A stretch of 12,129 bases of DNA from an uncultured Gemmatimonadales bacterium. GTDB taxonomy: Bacteria > Gemmatimonadota > Gemmatimonadetes > Gemmatimonadales > GWC2-71-9. Below, in pieces: positions 7,834 through 12,129 of the stretch (position 1 is the first letter of the stretch; each line of letters begins with the position of its first letter). Made by a program: the position numbers and the translations under genes. Location of the stretch: the NCBI GenBank assembly GCA_963825055.1, contig CAWGSK010000027.1, positions 1-12,129 on the forward strand, read 5' to 3'. The notes beneath the pieces were generated by a model. It had not been told where the DNA came from, did not search any database, and saw nothing but the letters and a program-made list of their open reading frames with translations.

Positions 7834-7847
7834 GGGGTCGAGGGGCA
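7816..7847. repeat. Octamer tandem repeat (GAGGGGTC)x3 plus GAGGGGCA
   Basis: Read directly from the sequence. Confidence 0.9.
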
Positions 7848-7853
7848 GGGAGT

Positions 7854-7922
7854 CGGCAGGCGGCAGGCGGCAGGCGGCAGGCGGCAGGCGGCAGGCGGCA
7901 GGCGGCAGGCGGCAGGCGGCAG
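7854..7922. repeat. Perfect heptamer tandem repeat (CGGCAGG)x9 plus 6/7 of a tenth unit
   Basis: Read directly: 69 bp with no mismatches. Confidence 0.97.
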
Positions 7923-7945
7923 CCCGGAAGGTACTCACCGCCCAT

Positions 7946-7994
7946 TCACTACTCACTACTCACTACTCACTACCCACTACTCACTGCTCACCAT
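7946..7994. repeat. Heptamer tandem repeat (TCACTAC)x4 plus 3 degenerate units overlapping the tpiA stop
   Basis: tcactac x4 (7946-7973), then ccactac, tcactgc, tcaccat. Confidence 0.92.
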
Positions 7995-8727
7995 CAACAA
8001 CCTCCACCCAGATCCCCACCTCCAGGCTCGCCCCGCCCACCAGCACGCCGTCGAGTTCCTCCTCCGCCAGCAGGGCCTCGATGTTCTTCTGGTTGACGCT
8101 GCCGCCATAGAGGATGCGTGGCCCGGTGTGGCCCCGGGAGGTGAGTTCGGCCCGGAGCACCCGATGGACCGCGGCGGCGTCCTCCGGCGTGGCGTTCAGC
8201 CCGGTGCCGATGGCCCAGACCGGCTCGTAGGCCACGACCACGCGGGAGATCTCGTCCGGCGAGAGGGTCGAGCAGGCCGTGCCCAGCTGGCGCACGACCA
8301 CCTTCCCGGTCTCGCCCTCCTCACGCTCCTCCAGCTTCTCGCCCACGCAGAGCAGCGGGGTCATGCCCGCACCGAGCAGCGCGCGAACCTTCCTGGCGGT
8401 GTCGGCCTCGGACTCGCCGAACAGGTGGCGGCGCTCCGAGTGCCCCACCAGCGCCACGGTGGCGCCGGCGCCCTGTGCCAGCGGAATGGAGGTGGCACCG
8501 GTGAAGGCGCCTTTCGGCTCCCAGTGCACGTCCTGCGCGCCCACCCGGATGTCGGGGCGGCCGGCGAAGGCCTGCGACGCGGCCTCGATGCTTACCGCGC
8601 TCGGGAAGAACCAGATGTCCCGGCCATCCACCGGCTGTACCCGGGCGAGAAAGTCTTTCGCAAACGCGCGGACTTCTCCGGGCGCGAGGTGCATTTTCCA
8701 GTTAGCGGCAAAGAGCAGGGGTCGCAT
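7981..8727 (-). CDS. tpiA: Triosephosphate isomerase
   Basis: AANWKMH, GAFTG, GHSERR, VAYEPVWAIGTG, LYGGSV and DGVLVGGASL. Confidence 0.98.
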   Translation of the reverse strand: MRPLLFAANWKMHLAPGEVRAFAKDFLARVQPVDGRDIWFFPSAVSIEAASQAFAGRPDIRVGAQDVHWEPKGAFTGATSIPLAQGAGATVALVGHSERRHLFGESEADTARKVRALLGAGMTPLLCVGEKLEEREEGETGKVVVRQLGTACSTLSPDEISRVVVAYEPVWAIGTGLNATPEDAAAVHRVLRAELTSRGHTGPRILYGGSVNQKNIEALLAEEELDGVLVGGASLEVGIWVEVVDGEQ

Positions 8728-8730
8728 CAG

Positions 8731-9917
8731 TCAGGCCTCGTCGAGGGCGGCGACGCCGGGGAGGGTCCTGCCCTCGAGAAACTCGAGGGATGCCCCTCCG
8801 CCGGTGGACACGTGGGTCATGCGGTCCGACAACCCGGCCTCCGCCACCGCCGCCGCGGAGTCGCCTCCGCCGACGATGGTCACGGCTCCCGCGTCGGCCG
8901 CCTCCGCCATGGCCGTGGCCACGGCGCGCGTGCCATGATCGAACGGCGGGGTTTCGAACACGCCCATGGGGCCGTTCCAGATGACGGTGCCGGCGCCACG
9001 GATTCGTGACGCGAAGGCCTGCTCGGTCTCCGGATCGATGTCGAAGACCGCCCAGCCCGCCGGGATGCTGTCCCGGGCGACGGTCCGGGTCTTCGCTGCC
9101 TTCTCCAGCCTCTCGGCGATCACGCCGCCGGAGGGCAGGACGAGCGTGTCACCCGCCTTCCCGATCAGCTCGCGGGCCATCTCCACCCGGTCCTCTTCCA
9201 CGAGCGAGGTGCCGGTCTCGATCCCCATCGCCCGGAAGAAGGTGCACGCCATCGCCCCGCCGATCAGGATCCCGTCAACTTTCGGCAACAGCGCCTCGAC
9301 CAGGTCGATCTTGCCGGAGATCTTGGCGCCGCCCAGCACGGCGACGAATGGACGCTTCGGGTCCCGGAGGGCCTCACCCAGGTAGTGGAGTTCTTTCTCC
9401 ATCAGGAACCCGGACACCGCCGGCTTCAGCAGGTGGGCCACGGCCTCGGTGCTTGCATGCGCCCGATGGGCCGACCCGAACGCATCGTTCACGTACAGAT
9501 CGCCCAGCGCGGCGAACGCCTTCGCCAGTTCAGGGTCGTTCTTCTCTTCCCCTGTCTGGAAGCGGGTGTTCTCCAGCAGGGCCACGGCCCCGCGCGGCAG
9601 CCGCTTCGTGGCGGCGATCGTCTCGGGGCTCAGCGGATCGTCGAGAAACTTTACCGGCTCGCCGAGGAGCGACTCGAGCGCCCGCGCGACGGGATGCAGG
9701 CTGAACTGCGGGTCGGCCTTGCCCTTCGGACGGCCCAGGTGGGAGAGCAGGATGACGCGGGCGCCGTGTTCGCGCAGGTAGTTGATGGTCGGAAGCGCCG
9801 CACGGATACGCGTGTCGTCCGTCACGCGCCCGTCGGCCAGCGGGGTGTTGAAGTCCACCCGCACGAGCGCGCGCTGGCCCTCGAGCGTTGAGGCGGGGAG
9901 CGACTGCAGGCTCCGCT

Positions 9918-9921
<4 letters not shown>
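8731..9921 (-). CDS. pgk: Phosphoglycerate kinase (396 aa)
   Basis: [57 protein letters not shown] and [14 protein letters not shown] 9921 overlaps the gap stop (GTGA). Confidence 0.98.
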
Positions 9922-10925
<1,004 letters not shown>

Positions 10926-10955
10926 GCCGTTCTCCTGTGTCGGTAAGGTCCTGCC

Positions 10956-11687
10956 CTAGTGTCTCCGGTCCACCTGCAATCTAGCCCGGGCGAAGGTGAC
11001 GGCGTCGACCGCGGACGCACCAGCCGCACGCAGCGCCATCGCGGCCGAGACGAGGGTCGCGCCGGTGGTGCAGACATCGTCCACCAGGACCGGCCGCCCG
11101 AGGGGAGGCACGGCTGCCCGGAAGGCGCCCGCCACGTTGGCCAGCCGGGCCTCCGGCGGCAGCGAGGTCTGGGTCGGCGTCTCCCTCGCTCGCGCCAGCA
11201 CGTCCTCCCGGACCGGCAGCCCCAGCAGGCGCCCGAGTGCGTGGGCCAGACACGCGCTCTGGTTGTAGCCGCGCTCGCGACGGCGCCGGATGCCCAGCGG
11301 TACCGGCACCAGGAATACTGGCCCGGTCAACGGAGTTAAACCCGTCATCACCCGGGCCATCGATTCCGTCACGCGCCACCAGCCTTCATACTTCGCCTGG
11401 TGCACCGCGTCACGCGCGCCACCGTCGAGCCACACCGCGCTCCGGACCCGACCCGGCACCGTGGGCCAGTCGGCGCAGAGCCGGCAGCCCACCTCCGGCA
11501 GGAGCCGGGGCTGGCCACACCGCTCGCAGGAGGGTTCGGGAAGCCGCTCCCACCGGGAACGGCACAGCGCGCAGACGAGCGGGTCGCCCTGCCCCGCCCC
11601 GATCGGCTCCTGGCACAGCAGGCACTCGGCAGGCAGCAGCCACCGCTCCGCTCCCGCCAGCACACCGGCGAGTTCAGCCAAGCGCAC
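10956..11687 (-). CDS. comF: ComF/GntX-family protein: double zinc ribbon plus phosphoribosyltransferase domain (243 aa)
   Basis: Four CxxC motifs (CLLC, CALC, CERC, CRLC), VPVPL, RGYNQS and LVDDVCTTGAT. GTG 11687 overlaps the aroE 3' end. Confidence 0.9.
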   Translation of the reverse strand: MRLAELAGVLAGAERWLLPAECLLCQEPIGAGQGDPLVCALCRSRWERLPEPSCERCGQPRLLPEVGCRLCADWPTVPGRVRSAVWLDGGARDAVHQAKYEGWWRVTESMARVMTGLTPLTGPVFLVPVPLGIRRRRERGYNQSACLAHALGRLLGLPVREDVLARARETPTQTSLPPEARLANVAGAFRAAVPPLGRPVLVDDVCTTGATLVSAAMALRAAGASAVDAVTFARARLQVDRRH

Positions 11688-12129
11688 GATGCACCGCCGC
11701 CCGCATGACCTCCACCGGCGCCGCCACGCCGGGAAACCACCGCTCGAACGCCTCGGCGCCCTGCGCGACCAGCATGAGACGGCCGTCGGAGGCTCGCGCT
11801 CCCGCCCGGCGCATGGCACGGATCCAGGCGGTCTCGCCGCGATGATAGACGAGGTCCAGCGCCACCTCCACCCCCGACAGGGACGTGGGCTCTGCGGGCA
11901 GTGGATCGTCATCGCGATGGCCCAGGGGCGTGGCATTGATGGCGACGCGGCAGGCGGCCTCGTCCGCCCGTGCTCCGCCTTCCTGCTCGACCCATGAGAG
12001 AAAGGCGTCCCGGCGCTCCGCCGACCGCGACCGGGCCGCGACCGGCACCCCCTGCTCGATGGCCGCGAGGGCCGACGCGCGCGCGGCGCTCCCCGTGCCG
12101 AGCACGAGCCATCCGCCCCCGGGAGCCCC
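11674..12129 (-). CDS. aroE: Shikimate dehydrogenase, C-terminal nucleotide-binding part (5' end outside the window)
   Basis: LVLGTGSAARA, INATPLG, DLVY and DGRLMLVAQGAEAFERW; the frame is open to the window edge. Confidence 0.88.
   Translation of the reverse strand, partial: GAPGGGWLVLGTGSAARASALAAIEQGVPVAARSRSAERRDAFLSWVEQEGGARADEAACRVAINATPLGHRDDDPLPAEPTSLSGVEVALDLVYHRGETAWIRAMRRAGARASDGRLMLVAQGAEAFERWFPGVAAPVEVMRAAVHRALG

Noticed and set aside
7816..7994. Repeat region as a CRISPR array or IS end
   Set aside because: Units are 7-8 bp with no unique spacers between them, and no cas or transposase gene is present.
10956..12129. comF as evidence of a competence island; GTGSAA variant in the AroE glycine loop
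   Set aside because: ComF-family genes are widespread in housekeeping contexts and no other com genes are here. The single glycine-loop change in a truncated gene is not informative.

Overview
High-GC bacterial chromosomal window; the gene order and protein style suggest Gemmatimonadota, but this is an inference and was not tested. The + strand carries a two-gene unit: a large alpha-helical HEAT-repeat-like protein (121-2196) overlapping an HD-GYP phosphodiesterase (to 3373). The - strand carries a housekeeping run, in transcription order: aroE (partial), comF, gap, pgk, tpiA, secG, carA, HU/IHF-family gene, moaD, moaE, moaA, trmL. I found no tRNA, rRNA, CRISPR array or mobile element. Two features are not explained by the housekeeping content. 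(1) The HEAT-like and HD-GYP proteins appear to share an unnamed ~100-aa N-terminal domain (FL..x..AL.....Y...HP motif), and the HD-GYP has a variant HHI-for-HHE motif; together they are a candidate uncharacterised cyclic-dinucleotide signalling module. (2) Two intergenic spacers (3862-3945 and 7816-7994) are filled with 7- and 8-bp tandem arrays in the same layout: G-rich arm, ~24-bp spacer, C/A-rich arm. One array runs into the tpiA 3' end and another forms a G-quadruplex motif over the likely secG promoter.
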